From: Asterias rubens
Lineage: Eukaryota
Assembly (NCBI RefSeq): GCF_902459465.1
Contig: NC_047071.1
Coordinates: 1,488,001 to 1,552,000, forward strand
Length of the DNA stretch: 64,000 bases
Direction: 5' to 3'
The position numbers were made by a program, and so were the translations under genes. The notes beneath the pieces are model-generated. The model was not told the origin of the DNA. It saw only the letters and a list, made by a program, of their open reading frames with translations, and made no database searches. Positions 61,742 to 64,000 of the stretch are shown one piece after another (position 1 is the first letter of the stretch; every line of letters begins with the position of its first letter).

Positions 61742-62877
61742 TTAGCCCTCAAACTTACAAAGTTGACACGAGAAAAACATAGTGCATGAAAAGCAGGCGA
61801 GCATGACCCCGAAACAACCGGCATAAGTCTTGGCGGCTCCAAGCTCCATATCTGCCCTGTCCTGCCTTTTTTGGTCTTTGATCGTCTGCAATAAAATACA
61901 CATAGAATAATCACATTGATGGCTTAACTTTAATTGTGTCAAGGTTTAAGTAATGCTGAAATTAAAGAATGATTTTATGTTTCATCCTTTCAATCTTTCT
62001 TTTTGTATCCTTACCAATCCTCTAGGTTTGGAAATTCACCCAGTGTTTTGCAGCATTTAAAGCCGGAACCCTACGGATATGAATAATCTTGTAGCAAAGC
62101 CACACGTCAATTGAGGCGTGTTTAGCGATTGACCCTTGACCCCAAGTTATCATACGCGATAACCAGCAATGGTGTGCAGTAGGCCTACACGATCATACAA
62201 AAAAATACATCTATATATGCAGATACCAGGTTAAAATACCTTTACAAGAGTTACTAAAATTATTATTACCCATTTAGCTTGTTTTGCCAATGCATCGGCA
62301 ACTTTTCGGGCGTATGCGTCATCGGAAGACCTGATAGGGCGCTCGAGGGCCTCGTTGGACCTGGTGGGGTACTCCAGGCCCTTGGGGGAATCGGTGGGTT
62401 GTTCGTGGGCCGTTAGTAAACTGATGAGGTTCTCCAGGCCCTTGGGGAACCCGCTAGGTTGTTCATGGGCCGTTAGTAAACTGATGAGGTTCTCATAGGC
62501 CTTGGGTGACCCGGTGGGGTATTCGTCTTCCTCGCGGGACCCGGTAGGGTGTTCGTGTGCCGTTGGTGACCTGGTGGGGTTCTCCTGAGACTTGGGGGAC
62601 CTGGTTGGGTTCTCCTGGGACTTGGGGGACCTGGTGGGGTTCTCCTGGGACCTGGGGGACCCGGTGGGGTGTTTGTGTGCCGTTGGTGACCTGGTTATGT
62701 GCTCCTGGAACTCGTGGGACTTGATTGAGTGCCGGTGGGCCTTTGCGGGCATGATGGGTGATGTGCTGGCCTGGGATCCCCGATGATTAAGAATGGGTCC
62801 TTCTCCCGTTCTCGTCGACACAGTACTAATCAGACTAGGGTCCGTAATTCTCTTTAAAGGGCGTTCCACTGTAAACG
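61742..62877 (-). CDS. Partial gene: S/T-P-rich decapeptide-repeat region followed by a Cys-rich hydrophobic segment
   Basis: Exon 62877-62270 (ttgcag|CG ... TGG|gtaata) splices in frame to 61885-61759 (attgcag|ACG ... CTT T|gtaagt) or reads on to TAA at 61742. 30-bp and 60-bp coding repeats keep the frame open. First exon not identified. Confidence 0.6.
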
Positions 62878-64000
62878 CTGCAAGGCCAAGAAAAACAGTA
62901 ATACATTATCTTTTAAATATTTTGTCGAGTTCTGGATAACTTTTGACTTTTGCCAGTGGGGCTGACTGCGGGTAGAATTACTATGAAGAGAATAGTATAG
63001 AGTCCAAGTAGGACTCTTTAGGAGCAAAAGCGTAGGCTATGGTATACACTATGTATACACTTAGCATTAATTTGGTCCGGGCCGGGATATAATTTCGGTT
63101 TGGCTCCCATGGGGCCTTATATGGGGGTCAGTATTAACCAGGATCTGTATAAAAATGACCCAGAAGTCTATCAAAATTTTGCAGATTCCTAAATATAGTC
63201 CCGATTTTTACCCACTTTATAAAATCAGCCTGCCTGGACACAATGGGAAGTATAGCCTAAATAGGCTACAGGCCGTTTGTAGGCTACACGCATGGCCCAA
63301 TTTCATAGTGCTGTAAGCACCAAAAACTTGCTATCAGTTACATATATGCATTTTAAGCACAGAAAAGTATTGCTTAACAGAAAGAGGTTACCGACCAATA
63401 TGTTGTTAAAGGTTTACAGTGTTGAATGGTGCCCCACTAAATTTTGTCAACCCAGTATGTTTTGCTTAACAATTTCATGACATTTGGCCCAGATAGAAAG
63501 ACCCTTGATCAAGTTGATGTTTTTCGGAAAATTTAATTCACGTTAGGAAAAGTCATAGGCCTAACACAATTTGCGTACACAAACAAGAATGTATTCACAT
63601 GTTTACATGATAAATTAATAGTGTAAAACCAACTCACCCCGACAGTTCGTTGATAGAACTATGATCGAAATTATAAAAATTGAGAAAATATTTCTAACTT
63701 TGCCGAAATTCTTGCAAAGACTCATTTTGCCAAAGTTTCTGCAGCAGTTCAGAATCAATCTTGAAGTATTCACACACTCTCTTCTCCTGTGTTTCTTTTC
63801 TTTTTAACATCATGAGAGCAGACTGCTGAACGCGCGTTTGGTTGGTCGGATGTTCGAAGCTCACGCGGGGCGAGTGTTGATGCTTTTATGATTAGATCGG
63901 CATTGCGGGCAGACCGTTTCACGCGCACAATTAGTGCTGCACGCTGCCTGTACAAAATTAACATCGCGCTCCCCTATACCGCAGGGTACAAAACTTGCGC

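Noticed and set aside
63770-63964. 64-aa minus-strand ORF as first exon of the 62-kb gene
   Set aside because: No suitable donor in the required phase and no coding features; left unassigned.

Overview
Animal genomic DNA: AT-rich, GT-AG spliceosomal introns, dense MITE/SINE/LINE debris. The repeat families suggest an echinoderm, probably a sea star (inference only). I assembled six spliced genes by hand with consistent exon phases: SMG5 (-, first 16 coding exons only; the exons for the C-terminal PIN region were not found in the 13 kb downstream), a SWEET/SLC50A1 sugar transporter (-, both signature Asn residues replaced by Ser), SLC35A4 (-) head-to-head with dolichol kinase DOLK (+), FAM221B (+), and a 2-exon DUF1761-family membrane protein (-). 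There is also part of a gene encoding an S/T-P repeat membrane protein (-). The stand-out is an intronless 766-aa ORF (56166-58466, -) that I cannot assign to a known family. It has a signal peptide, four copies of an acidic-loop C2/DUF6598-like beta-sandwich, a ~90-aa helical insert and a C-terminal KDEL-type signal (RQEL), and it is bracketed by an old inverted duplication. No rRNA, true tRNA or CRISPR features were seen. All homology calls come from recalled sequence motifs, not database searches.
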